Notes: generated from the letters alone by a model not told the origin. A DNA stretch of 64,000 bases from the human T2T-CHM13v2.0 reference genome, Homo sapiens (GCF_009914755.1 NC_060933.1); one strand, 5' to 3'. Shown: positions 1 to 14,928, counted from the stretch's first letter. A program made the numbers and translations.

Positions 1-99
1 ATTTTTGCATTTTTTTTTTTTTTTTAGAGACAGGGTTTCGCCATGTTGCCCAGGTCTGGTCTCGAACTTCTGGACTCAAGCAATCTGCCTGCCTTTGCC
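1..99 (-). mobile_element. Alu fragment (left-arm portion)
   Basis: T-tract followed by agagacagggtttcgccatgttgcccagg...ctcaagcaatctgcc, the reverse complement of an Alu left arm. Confidence 0.85.
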
Positions 100-1051
100 T
101 GCATTGTTTTTCTATTATATTTCATGTATTTTATTTGCTTTGCTGCAGGTTAAACTATGATGTTTATATTTATTGCCTAAGTTTCCATTAAGACCAATCT
201 TAATTATACCAACATGATACCTTTCTGCCATGGACAGAGATAATACTCATCTGACATTCTTGGTTTTTTACTGCTCTGTCTTGTAGATAAGAATCAAGAA
301 TGCTTCTTTCTACAGATATCTTTTTCGTTAGCTAAATAGGCCTCGCAGTCTCGTTGAAAGAAATAACTAAAACTCACTTTATGTTGTTTCAGTTTATCTG
401 GCAGGGGGAAAAATGCGTGTGCAGCTCTGAATTTCTAATACGTCTCTAAGGAAACTCCAATGAGTTGTCTTGTCAGACTAAAATGTCTGGCAACTAAAAT
501 TATTGGCCTCCCTACATTTTTTAACTTTGAATTTTCTTAATTTTTTTGTAAAGTGGGATATGTTTCTGAACTGAAAGAAACTTCAAAAGAAGCCTCATAA
601 TAGCTAATTCATATTTTCTCTTCTTTCCTAAAACTATTATAAAAGCACTAATGGGAACAAAACAATTATTTTTCAAAATATAAATGCCAGGATGCACCAT
701 ATGAGAAGCCCCCAGCCCCCTCTGCTTGCCTCCCAGCACCCGCATTGTGCTCCAGTGTTCAGCTTTCTCTTCCTCTCCGTCCACCACTCCCTGCCCTCTC
801 TTCCCACTGCCAGTACCTAAGTGGCCTTCCTTCACCTGTGCCTGGCAAAGCCCTAGGTTCCTTCCATGTCACCCCTGACTCCTGAATCGACAGCTCCCTC
901 TCTCAGCTTCCTGCTCACCAAGCTCAATGGAGCCTCAATGACCTGCCCACTATTGCCTGAGGCAGCACTCTCACTGTCCCAAGACCCCATCACACCTTCA
1001 CCTTGCTGGGACCTCCTAACTCCCTCAGCTTCCCCTACTCCACATTGGGGG

Positions 1052-1708
<657 letters not shown>

Positions 1709-2189
1709 GGGGGCCAGGCCTTCAGCAGGTGGATAAGATGGGAGGAGTTCTGAAATACACACCCGGGATGCTCCAGAGGCCAAATCATAGGGCAGGTCAT
1801 CCCAAGGACAGCAGTTAATTCACTGACATGCCAGCAAAGGGCAAACCGAATCGGCCCCGCGGAGCCCAGGTAGGGGCGCCGCTCACCTCCTAAAATGCCC
1901 TCAAAGACCCCTTAGGGCACAGCCATATGCTGAGACATGTTGGGGTGGACAAGCAGGTCTCAAGAAGCTTAGAATGTCCCCTAGGTGGACGCTAAGGGAC
2001 AAGGCCCACCGAGGAAGGCAGCTGCAGATGATGGAATGCCCTCCCAATGGCGGGAACAAGCAAGGCTTCCGCAGCTCAAAAGGAGAAACATGCTTTGCGC
2101 TGGAGTCCTCAGAAAAGGCCACTTCCAAACTGTGGGGATGGGGAGTGGACGGGCCTAAGAGAATGGGAAGGCAGAACACCCCTTCTCCA

Positions 2190-4030
2190 GTCTCCCTTGG
2201 CCGTTAAAACCCCAGAGCAGCAGCAACGTGGGCTGTTTGGTGCGGAGGTTCCTGGTTTGGGTTGGCCAGGCGTAGAGTGCTTCCGACAATTCACCCACCC
2301 TCCAAGACGCGCGGGCCGGGGAGCGGGGAGAGGGCGGAGGGAACGGCGCACCGGGCCCCGTCGGACTGTTGGACCAAAAGTCCTCAGTGTCGGGGGCTCG
2401 CAGCGCCGCCGCGGCGAACCCAGCTAGGGGGCACCGCCTGCGCCGGGCACAGGGAGGCCGTTCGGCTTTCCCCCTCGCGCCCATTACTCTCAGGCGTCCC
2501 GGGGAACCCCGCGGGCCAAGTGTCGGGCTGCGTCCGGGCAGAGGCGGCTTCGCCTGGTGTCAGCGCGTTTCCGAAGGGCACCCGCGGCGGGGCCCACAAC
2601 TCGAGCTGGGAGCCGCCCCAAGCAACCCGTTCCTCCGAATCAGGCTGCTTTTCTCTGTAAAGAAAAGAGAAAGCAAGCGATTAACTGATGGCTTGGCCGG
2701 CTGGAAACGGGAAAGCGAGTTCTCCAGGAGCCGCACACCTCGGGGAAGCCCAGTCCCTCCCGGGCAGGGAGCGAGGGGCGGTCCTGGGGGCTGCTTCCCG
2801 CGGGGAGAGAAGGGAGGGCGGCGCAGCCCTCTGCGGGGTCCGCCCCTCGGTTCTCCGGACCCCCGCGGCCTGGGGGACTCGGGGCAAATTCTCGGATAGC
2901 GACGGGCAGGAAGGGGACCCGGGCTGGCGATGGGCCGAGTGCCTCCTTTGCTCTCACCCCCGCGCGAAGACGAGGCCAGTGGGCGGGTGGCGTGGGGCGA
3001 GGCCTCCGCAGGCCGCCGGGGGCCCAGGCACCTGGAGCCGGGAGGGTCCGCTCCCTTCCCCGCCCTGGATGGCGGCCTATGGGAAAGCAGTCTCCACTGG
3101 ATCCCGCGCGCGTCGCGCCGAGGTCGTGGGAAACCGAGGGCGGGAGGGCGGGAGGGCGGAGGCGCCGGCAGGGTCGGCGGGACTGGGGCTCGGACGGAGG
3201 ACAGGGGCGAGGAGGAGGCAGGAAGGACGCCGGGTACTGCGGGGCGCCTAGGGGGTTCCGAGCGCAGCGGCTGCGGGGCCGACCCGCCCAGGATGGAATC
3301 AGGGCCCCGGCGCCCCCACGCCGCTCCTCCAGGCCGAACCCCTGCGGCCCCAATCCCCCGGCCTCACGCCCACCCCGCAGGTCGGCCCTGCAGCTGCCTT
3401 CCCTTCCTCCACCTCCCTCCCGCCTCCGAAGCCGGCGCCCCCGGCCAAGTGGCCGCTCTCAACCTGTTACCAAGTCCTAGAGAGAATTTCTCCAAAATAT
3501 TTCCTGGATCCCCCTGCCAAGGGCCCTGTCCCGCCCTTCCAGCTCCCAACTGGATGCCTGCAGACCTCTCCCCGGGTTCCGAGGCTCTGGCCTCCTCCCT
3601 CCCTAATCCATTTTCCACACCGCTTCCCCGGGAGCCCGTTAAAATACACCGGGACCGCGGCGGGTGCAAGCCTCCTGTATCTCCACATAGCAGGCTAAGG
3701 GGAATTGGGTAGGGAATAAAGGCTGCAGGGGACATCGGCTGGCAGGTATGAAGCCCGTATTGTGTGTCGTTTGTTAAACACTTCCAGTGGATTTTCTCGT
3801 TTAATCTGCCCAACAACGCTTCTGGGCCGGTATTCGTATTGTTTTATAGAGGGAGAAACTGAGGCACAGAGGGGCACTCGGCTTGTAAGCAACGGAGTAA
3901 TTCAGAGCCCGTCAGCCCCACGCCGAGTTTATTCACCCTGGCAGGGGCTTCCGCGGGAGCCATGACCCTTCCTAACTGGGGTGGAAGGACCCGCAGCGCC
4001 AGCCGGGTCCGGGCCAGACGGCAGCGAGTG
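2190..4030. promoter_or_regulatory. CpG island 1 (promoter/regulatory)
   Basis: ~1.8 kb of very high GC and dense CpG in non-repeat sequence; multiple GGGCGG GC boxes; G-run arrays at about 2313-2341 and 3138-3162. Confidence 0.85.
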
Positions 4031-4158
4031 TCTGTTAATAGGGATGCTGAATGGGTCAGGCAGTGGGGCACAGGTTCAGTGTGATCTGGAATGCCTGCGA
4101 GGCCCCCTTGCTCATCCACCTGCCTTTAATGGATGGGTGGTCTGAGTTTCTGGAGATG
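4012..4158 (+). repeat. Local direct duplication, copy 1 (147 bp)
   Basis: Ungapped match to 6752-6898 with 13 mismatches in 147 bp by manual count. Confidence 0.9.
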
Positions 4159-5859
4159 GGCAAGATGGAGCAGTCTCCACACTTGGCTCTTCAGCCCCGG
4201 CGCCCCCCACAGCCGCCTCTGCTTTCCTGGAGATACCGCAGGCTCCTAACCTCAGGCCGGCTTGTGCTGCTCCACCCTCTCCCTCCCCCACAGACACAGG
4301 CCACTTAGCGCGCTCTCCCGTCCCTCACCCCTGCCAACAGCAGCCACTTCTGGCCACTTCCTTTACATGTGAATGAGTCCAGGTCTGGGCTGCCTTTGTC
4401 CGGGGAGGCCGGTGGGATTTCCATCAATAATTGTTGGTTGGTGAGTCAGGGGTCAGCAGTGGTCTCCTTTCCAGGACCCAGAAATGACACCACAAGGGTA
4501 ACTGGCCACTATTTCCTGCCTAGGAACTAGCAGCATCCCACCCCCACCACTCCATGGCCTAGATAAGACAGGCCAAGACCCCAGAGACAACAGGACTCTG
4601 GAACAGGGAAGGGATTTATGATTAGCATAGGCTCTAGTTAAATTCCTTTTTTTATTTCTGTGCATTGACCTATTATGTAATATGCTTTTTTCTTCCTGGA
4701 ATACAGATCCTACCAGTGGTTTTATTCCTTTTTTATATAATGTTTAATTCATCTGTCTCTGTAAATCCATCACATGAAATTGAAAGGGTCTCAAAGAGCA
4801 GACTGTTTCCCCCCTAACTCTTCCACTATTCAACCCAGGGGCAAGCACTGTCATCCCTCACTGCTACCAGCTTCTGGTCAGTCTTTCTGGCCACACGTAT
4901 GTAGACATGCTTCATTCTTTTAACTGTGTTTTTGATGTTTTCTATATTAACACCAAAAAAAAGTACACTAAGAAATCAGTGCTATTTCCGAATGGAGCCC
5001 GGAGTTTCTCAGCACTGCGCTCCTCCAGTGCCAGAAGCACCCTACTTCTCTTCCTCAGTTGCTTCATCAATCACATGGGGCTGGGGCAGTGAGGAGGATG
5101 TATTTGCCTCACATAGAGACTTAAAGGTTTTCCTGATCTCCTCTGGGTACAGAACAAGAAATTAAGGATGATCTGAAATATACAGGGCTTGGATAAGACT
5201 TGAAACAATTGTGATGATAGGAATTGCTGGGTTCTGGAACCGAGGATTGCAGTAACCAGGGGCTCAGAAAGCTGAGATATCCCTCCAGTGAAAGGGGACC
5301 CGGGAGCATAACTGAACAAAAGTCATTTCTCTTCCTCATGATGGGTATTTCTCTTTTTCTGGTGAGGAGTGTCAGTATCAGCATTTATCTGCTGGAGACT
5401 GTTTAAATGTTAGGTGTACTTAGCAACGTTGCATCTATTTTTCTTAAACACGAATCACTTTCCAGAAGGGAACCGAAATGACCACCTCTAAAAGTTGCTA
5501 CTAACTATTGCTCCAGAAACCAAAGTGATGCCACTCACATGGCTGGCCATAGTCTAATTTCTTCACAAACAGAGGCAGAGCAGCTTGCACCACGTAACCC
5601 CAAAGCTTTTCTGTAACTGATCAGAAGTTCCTTTCTCCACCCTTTAGCAGAGGTGCTGGTGACCAGGGAAGAGGAGAAGGTAAAGAGCAGAGTGAATGAA
5701 GGGAAGTAGGGGACATAGATTCTTTAAAGTCTGGGTAATCAATCCCAATGTATTCAAGAGAGACCTCAACTTGCTTTCCTAGATGGGACGTGGTGGCCCA
5801 CGGCATCCATAGCAAACCACTCTCTTCTTGGATAGTTGGCTCCCAGACTTGAAGGCTGT

Positions 5860-6450
5860 GCTCCTTGCTGTCCTCGGACCTCTCCAGCGGTCTCTTTCTA
5901 GTTTCCTTGGTGGGCTCCGCCTCCTCCTCCTCACCTTGTCCCTTGGATTTCCCAGGGAGCTATCCCCAATCTAGGGTTAGTCTCATGCACCCACCATATT
6001 CTAGGGGCCCCTCCACTCACTCTCATGCTTTTAATGAATTCATTTATGGGTGATCAGGAATCTTCACCATAGCCCAATCACCCTTCTGAGTTTCAGGTGC
6101 ACACCCTGTTGCTTTGGTGTGACTGCTTCCCGTTGGGTTATCCTTGGGCACCTCACACTCATTGTGTCCAAAGCAGAATTCTTCATCCTCAACTCTGCAC
6201 TCATCCTATATTTGAGACTCCTAACTCAGTTAATCGCATTGCTTCAGTCATTGACCTCATAACCCAAATCTCAGCACCATCTTTTTTTATTTGGTTGGAT
6301 GCTTCCATTCCTCTCAGCCACTGTATTCACTCAGTAACCAAGACTTCGAGAGTTGACCTCATAAATATTTCCTTAACTCTGATGCCTTCTTTCCAGTTTC
6401 CTACCAGTGTCCTAGTTCCTGAACCACTGGAATAGCTTCAAGTCTTTCAC
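5860..6450 (+). mobile_element. L2 LINE fragment
   Basis: ggcacctcacactcattgtgtccaaagcagaattcttcatc and flanks resemble the L2 3' region. Confidence 0.6.
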
Positions 6451-6489
6451 TTCTTAGGTCTTCTAGAGAAATTTGTCATATCTAGTAGA

Positions 6490-6750
6490 ACTCTTTTGTT
6501 GAAAATGACGCAGACTGGTTTAAGCAAAAAAGCAAAATCATGGATGTCAGGCTGGTTTCAGGTGTGGCGTGGTGTCGAAGCTCAAGGGACACCACCCACA
6601 CCCTGTGTCACCAGCTCACCACTCAGGTCTGCTCTCTGTCACTCTGGTGGGCTTCATTCTCAGGCTGCATCATGGGAGTGCAGTAGCAGCAGAAGGTCCA
6701 GCTCGCCTGGTGCTTCCAGTGTCAAGTTCTATAGGAAGGAGGCAGGCCTG
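6490..6750 (-). mobile_element. Old MaLR LTR fragment (MLT1J/K/L-like)
   Basis: ctggtttaagcaaaaaag...ggcttcattctcaggc motifs. Confidence 0.45.
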
Positions 6751-6751
6751 A

Positions 6752-6898
6752 GGCCAGATGGCAGCGAGTTTCTGTTAACAGTGACACTGAGTGGGTCAGG
6801 CGGTGGGGCTCAGGTTCAGTGTGATCCGGAATGCCTCCGAGGCCCCCTTGCTCATCCACCTGCCTTTAGTAGATGGGTGGTCTGAGTTTCTGGAGATG
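6752..6898 (+). repeat. Local direct duplication, copy 2 (147 bp)
   Basis: ggccagatggcagcgag...ctgagtttctggagatg matches 4012-4158. Confidence 0.9.
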
Positions 6899-7499
6899 AC
6901 TAGGAGTAGCAGGAAGGGACACTGAGCTACACAACACATCCAAAGCCCACCACACATCAGACCCAAGGATTCCCCTGCATAAAATTCCCCAAGGCAAATT
7001 TTGCCCATTGAAGTTTTGTCAAGATGATTTGATTCTTCTGTTGAAATGCAGTATTAATCATTGTTGAACTTTTTCATTTTGTTTGCATTGATATTTCCAC
7101 CAGTAATCTTCAATAAGAATAGAATTTTAGAACTGATCATTTGGGTCTACTCTTCAACTTGCAAGGAACTGTGCGCGGTGTTAAGACCATGCCTCTGAGA
7201 TCACTGGAGAGACAGATGGAGAAGTGGAGGATTTGTATTTAGAGTCTAGTCAGGGAAACACACCTCCCCCCTCAGATAGAGAGAATCTCCTGTTGTTGGT
7301 CGATATTGGAGGATTGAGTGGCAAGCCAAGATTCAGATATGGTGACTGATAGAAGCAGTGAAGGTCTCTAAAGAGCAAAGAGAAGTCATGAGGGTTCTGA
7401 GAACCGAGGTCCTGGAAGCTGGAGAAGGGGCCCTGGGGAGTGGAACCGGACCTCTGCACTTGCCTGGCCCTGGGGCCTCCCAGAGAGCTGGACTCAAAT

Positions 7500-9410
7500 C
7501 TCCGAGATGGACCAGCCGGCCCGGGCGGGATGTGGGCAGGCAGGTCCTGGGAGTGCATGAAGCAAGCTAGAAAACTGGGCATGACCGCGCCACCGTTGGG
7601 AGTCCGGGGGGTTATTGGGGCTCTGCTGACGGGAACAGGCTCCTGTCCTGCGATCTGCGGCCACCACGCCGCCCTCTGGGGCCCCCTGTTGGCAGAACCT
7701 GGCGGGAGCTCGCTGGCCCGCAGAAGGCTCAGGGCCTGGTAGCCAGGGCGCGGATCCCAGGAGGTGGATTCGGAACTCAGTGAGCCCCGGAGCGCCGCAG
7801 TGGGGCGGGGGTGGGGGAAGCGCGGGGAAGCGCGGAGTCTCTGGGTCAGCTGGTCCCCACTGCCAACGCCCACAGGCCAGGCGGCTTCCGCAGCATCTGC
7901 TCCACACCCCATGCGGAGCAGGGGCTTGTTGTTTCTGCACACGCCCACCGCATACACACCGCACCACACACACAAACACACTACACACACCACACTATAC
8001 ACACCACACACACAAACACACCACACACAAACACACCACACACAGCACACCACACACACCACACTACACACAAACGCCACACACACCCCACACACCAAAC
8101 ACACCACACCACACACACAGCCCACACACACTACAAACACACCACACACAAACACCACACACACCCCACACACACCACACACATACCACAACACACACCA
8201 AACTCACCACACGCACCAAACACGCCCCACACCACACAAACACACCACACAGACCCCACACACCACACATACAACACACACTACACCAAACACACCACAC
8301 GCACACACCCCACACATACAACACACTACACCAAACACACCACACCGCACAAACACACCACACACACACCACACTACACACACACACTACACACACCACA
8401 TACCCCACACACATACCCACCACCCCACACACTACACACACCACACACACCACATACCCCACACACATACCCACCACCCCACACACTACACACACCACAC
8501 ACACCACACACAACACACTACACACACCCCACATGCACCACACCACACACACACACACCACACACCACACATCACACCACAGCCACACCACACCCCCGCC
8601 TCCAACACCCACCTCTTGCGCCCCCCTCCCGCCTCCTGTGTGGTGTGTGCTCTAGTTCCCGGCAAAGCAGGTGGGAGACGGAGTGACCGGCAGGACAGGC
8701 TGCCTGGGGAACCGGGAAGGCTGAAGTGGACACAGGAGGAGCTGGCAGGGAGAGCCCAGGCCCCGCGGGCTGCGGGAAAGGAGAGGGCAGCGACTGGGCG
8801 AGGGAGGAAAGACCCTGGCCGGGGCAGCCCGGCGCGGGAGAGGCTGCGTGTGCCCGGCTCAGTCACCCGCCCTGGGAGAAGGCGGCCCGGTTGGAAAGTT
8901 GAGGCGGAACCGAAGGCCCCCGCGTGGAGGCTGCAGCCCCTGCGCCGGCCGGGCGGGTCCGGAAGGAGCCCAGGCCGCACCTCCAGGCCGGCGCCGCCGC
9001 CGCCCAGCGCCCACCCGTCCCCCCGGCGCCACTCCACATGCACCTTCTCCCGGGGCGCCGACGGCCTCGGCTGCCCCCGCAGCGTTTCCCTAGCTTCCCT
9101 CCAAGGCCCCCGGCCGCTCTTTCTCAGCATTCTTCGCAGCTTCATCTCCATCCGCGCCGCCTTGCCGAGACCCTCCAAGCCGACTCCTCAGCCTTCTACT
9201 GAATCTCCTCCAGGCTAGCTCCCAGGGGCGCCTGTCCAGGCCCGGGACTTACATTCCCAGTCCTCATGCAGAGCCCCGTCCCCGCACCGAGGCAGCAGAG
9301 CTGGGAGCGCGATGCAGTTCTCTGCGAGAGCCTAGGTCTGACTCTAACTCTGCCCTGGATTCTCCGCTTTCTAGGAGCGCGTGACATCGGCGGCCAGTTC
9401 CGTCATCTGG
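7500..9410. promoter_or_regulatory. CpG island 2, split by a CA-rich array
   Basis: CpG-dense 7500-7950 and 8600-9410; GC boxes, ETS-like CCGGAAG near 8959, minus-strand donor-like AT|GTAAGT at 9247-9253. Confidence 0.8.
7938..8600 (+). repeat. Complex (CA/CCACA)n low-complexity array with internal higher-order duplications
   Basis: Almost entirely C and A on the + strand; a ~54-bp unit (..cacataccccacacacatacccaccaccccacacactacacacacca..) is tandemly repeated at about 8390-8505. Confidence 0.95.
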
Positions 9411-10139
9411 GCATCCCACCCATACCACCCAGCCCTGGGAACGGATGCGACAGTGGACCCGAGGGCACCCTGCAAACTGTAACTCTCACACTTGCCAGAC
9501 GGCGCTTCCTGAAGGGTCACACACTGAGCATCTGTTTTCAGAGTTTCCTATTTTCCAGAAAAAAAAAAAAGTCCCTATCTGTGCATTAAAAATGCAGGCC
9601 AAAACGTATTTTCCACTTCTCCCCTCTGTTCACTTGGCTTTGGCTTAGCATTTTCCCAAGCTGTGTTTCTTGGAGCACGAGTGCCCTTCAGATATGAGTA
9701 GATGCCCCATGAGAAAAGCCAAGTTCAGGAATATCCCTTCCTTGAGATTAGAGTGTGCCCTCTCCTGTGAAAGGTCCTGAGAAGTGTAACCTTTTTAAAC
9801 CACTTTTCCAACTGAATGAGCCACAGGTCTTGTTTTCCTCCATGGCACACTCTAAAATTCCTGGGGACCACTAGGGTCCCACGCAACAGAGGTAGGAACC
9901 CTGCTCTAGGCAAGTCGAGCCACTTGCCCTTCTGTCTCAGAGAGGTTGTCCTCGAGTTCTTGCCACCAGGGTCCCCTAGTAAGGGCGTCCCTAATAAAGC
10001 CTGGCTGTTCCCCTTTTCCTTCTATTCTATGAGCTAGGCAGAATGGTTCTGGCAAACCCATCTTTCTGAGTCAGGTTGTCCAGAGGAAGTTCTGTTTCTT
10101 GCAACTAAAAGACTGACACAGACCAGCAGGCAAAAAGTC

Positions 10140-10930
<791 letters not shown>

Positions 10931-11388
10931 GAGGTGGGTATCAGAAAAGATTGTTTCCCCACTGAGGGATTCCTTTTGCAAAACCACGCAAAGGAAACGT
11001 GTTGATTTCAGGACCAATAGAAATTGAATGATACACCAAGTCGTCTTAGCTTACTTCACGTCTGTTTGGTTCTCATATTTATCTAAACATCTGCACGCAC
11101 AATCTTTACATTGCCACACATGTCAAACAGTCATTCTGTATTGATCATGGGTTTTTTGTTTGTTTGTTTGTTTTCTACTGATTTTATGCTGCTTCATCCT
11201 TGGGGCCTTGTGGTCTTAGGAAGGAACTGCCCCTCCCAGGGTTAGCTGAGTCCTCCAGAGAGCAAACGACTCGCTGTTGGGCGTGCCTTTGCTTTGCAAG
11301 CTGACCAGTCCAGAGCCCGGACACCAGCCACCTCCTCTATTTAGCTTTTACACTTCCAGGAGGCAGCCTTCCTCTGCCCCAATCCCAG

Positions 11389-12256
<868 letters not shown>

Positions 12257-12469
12257 TCATTCCTTCCGGGGAAACCAAACCGCAGTGAAGCCTTTGCCCA
12301 GGCTTTCCCCTCCCTGGTGCCTCCGGACAGGCCCTGGTGCTTGTCGCGCCCCCTGCTTCCAGGGGTCTGTGAGTATAAAAGCATCTTCCTTCAGGATAGT
12401 CATCTCAGTGTCCTCGTGTCTTCCCATACCTGATTAAAACAAGTCCCGGACACATTTTAAAGCACTGCA

Positions 12470-12750
12470 TTCATGTCACAATTTCCAAAGCACCTGCTGT
12501 GTTTCGTGCACTGTTTTCAGTGTTGAGATAGAGCAGTGTCTGTGCAAGCAAGGTGCTGTGCTCAAGGAGCCCAGTGTCTAATGGAGAGAGATCATTCAGG
12601 AAACAGAAATATTTCCAGACAGGGTGAAGTGGTGTGAATACAATGGACCAGGGTGGGTTGTTTTGTTTTGTTTCTTTGGGCTTGGGGGTTGTTTTTTAAG
12701 GAACAGTGGTCAGGGAAGGTCTCCCTAAGGAGGTGACACTTCAGCCACAG
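12470..12750 (-). mobile_element. L2 fragment
   Basis: gcacctgctgtg...ctcaaggagc...ggtcagggaaggtctccctaaggaggtgacac. Confidence 0.6.
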
Positions 12751-12899
12751 TCCGAATTGTTCCTTGTATACCAAGGGCACCCACAGGTCTGTGCTAGGGG
12801 CCTTGAGGCCTCCAAAATAACCAACATGATGTATCTGCCACTGGTGCTCAGCCAGAACAAACTCTGTCCCTTTCCCAACAAGCAAAGTAGGGCTTCCAT

Positions 12900-13410
12900 C
12901 CAAGAGAAAATAATTTCCCGGCATCAGCAAAGTCCACAGCCTGCTCCAGTCAAGTTGCTTTCCAAATGCTATAAAGCCAAGGCGCCCAAGCACCAGGATC
13001 CAGGGGCTGGGGTGGCAGCATGCCAGCGCCCTGAGGGCAGTGACAGCTTGCATGTGTGTTTACATACTGTTTGCAAATAAAGAGTAAGTGGGCAGATCCC
13101 TGAGCCCTCGTCACTTCCCACCATCCCTGGGGACCCACTGCCTAGTTCAGCTTCCCAGGAACACAAGCTTGACCCTGGGCACTGCAGACTTGACCCTACC
13201 GCCACAGGCCTGGTCTGGAAGCCCTCCTGCTTGCTGGGCACATCCTGAGTGGCCGTCCTGAGTCCGTGTAAACAGCAAACAGACATTCCCACCCCTTCTT
13301 TAAAAAATTTAGATCCCACTGACTTTGGACAACATTGCAGTCAAGAAAAGTAGAACAATTTAAATCACAAGCCCTCAACCTGTGGGTGGCACGTCATGAG
13401 TCACTGGCAT
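12900..13410. promoter_or_regulatory. Candidate epithelial/endodermal enhancer
   Basis: CAAAGTCCA, CCCTGAGGG, TGTTTAC, TGTTTGC, GTAAACA, GCAAACA, ACATTCC and TGAGTCA within ~500 bp; motif evidence only. Confidence 0.45.
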
Positions 13411-14631
13411 AGCATGGGTCAGTCTCTAAGCCCATCAGCAGAGAGCGGGGGCTACTTCCACATCTCCCTTCCTCAAAGCTTCCAGGCTGTGGCTGGGTAT
13501 CCCCGGCCCCGCCACCTCACCTTCCACACCGGAACCTTCCACACTTACCCTGAGCCCCAAAGCCAGCACCCCACACACCTCCCTTCATCAGGGAAAGGCC
13601 AGGGACCCCAGATCTGAAAAGCCACTCCCATGCCTTCCACTGGAAACCCCCAGGAACGAGCAGCTCCACTCATGTTGGGCAGCTGCCGCTAGGCCAGGCA
13701 GAATCAGCTCTACAAATGGAAACCACCCTCAGCGCCTTCCTCCGCATCCTCTTCCGCAGCCTCCTTGCGCCTCACCATCTGTGTCAGTGACAGATCCTCA
13801 AAGAGCATCTCTTAGGAACTCGGCATGAATTGGCTGGAGGGCCATAGCTGGCTCTTTTACCTTTGCCTCGATCCAGAGTTTGCCTCCCACCACACACCTC
13901 CCTGGCGCAACTGCTTCTTGGGTGTTCATTCAGACACAGCCTCCGCTTTGGTGGGTGTCCTCCAGGAGCCCTTTCATCTATCAGGAATGTCACACTCCAG
14001 AGCCACAAAAACTCGAAGCCACCCCTCACACCTGCGGCAACTGAGAACCAGTTGCTGCCTCACCAGGAGCCCGGAGCTGGCAGAGCTGGAGAGGGCTTAT
14101 GTGGGCCTAGAACGCAATGCTGGTCATCTCTGACATGCCATTGTCCTCTACAAACCCCACCTAGCACCTCATGGTCTGTGAAGGTCCATTCCCTTGTTTG
14201 TAGGTCAAATCTCAAATTCTCAAGGCTCCCAGCTGGCTTAAAAATGTCAACGATGACTCTTTCTACTTATCAAGCATTTTCTATTTCCCCATTGGAGCAG
14301 GAACCCCCACAGAGGCATGGCCCAGACTCGTTTAATCTCAAACCCAGGCGTCCAGGCTCGTGTGTCGGTGATTTAGCAGCCTGTACCAGTGGTATCTCCT
14401 TGAAGCAATCAAAGCTTTCATGGAAAGTGCTTAAATCCTATAAATGTAATGTATTTGCTTATCTACCAAATTATAATATTCATTTGTTTGTGTAAACCTG
14501 CCAGTCACCAGTCAAAAATATGAACCACAAGAAATTTTCCATTAGGATTTAGGCCCAGTCATTGTTTCCAGTTTGAATCTGACATATTATACCTGAGAGG
14601 ATTGCAGGAAACCATAAATGATTCTGGGTTG

Positions 14632-14928
<297 letters not shown>

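Noticed and set aside
2047-3816. Many 100-260 aa ORFs in CpG island 1
   Set aside because: GC-bias artefacts on both strands with no recognisable domain
4012-4158. The duplicated 147-mer as a snoRNA or miRNA gene pair
   Set aside because: No convincing box C/D or H/ACA layout, and the hairpin in copy 1 is disrupted without compensation in copy 2
7938-8600. Interstitial telomere
   Set aside because: No TTAGGG/CCCTAA array; resemblance to yeast TG1-3 is compositional only
7764-9218. 484-aa ORF and overlapping 182-314 aa ORFs rich in H/T/P or V/C/W
   Set aside because: They read through the CA-rich array and GC-rich flanks, which rarely form stop codons; several frames on both strands are open at once
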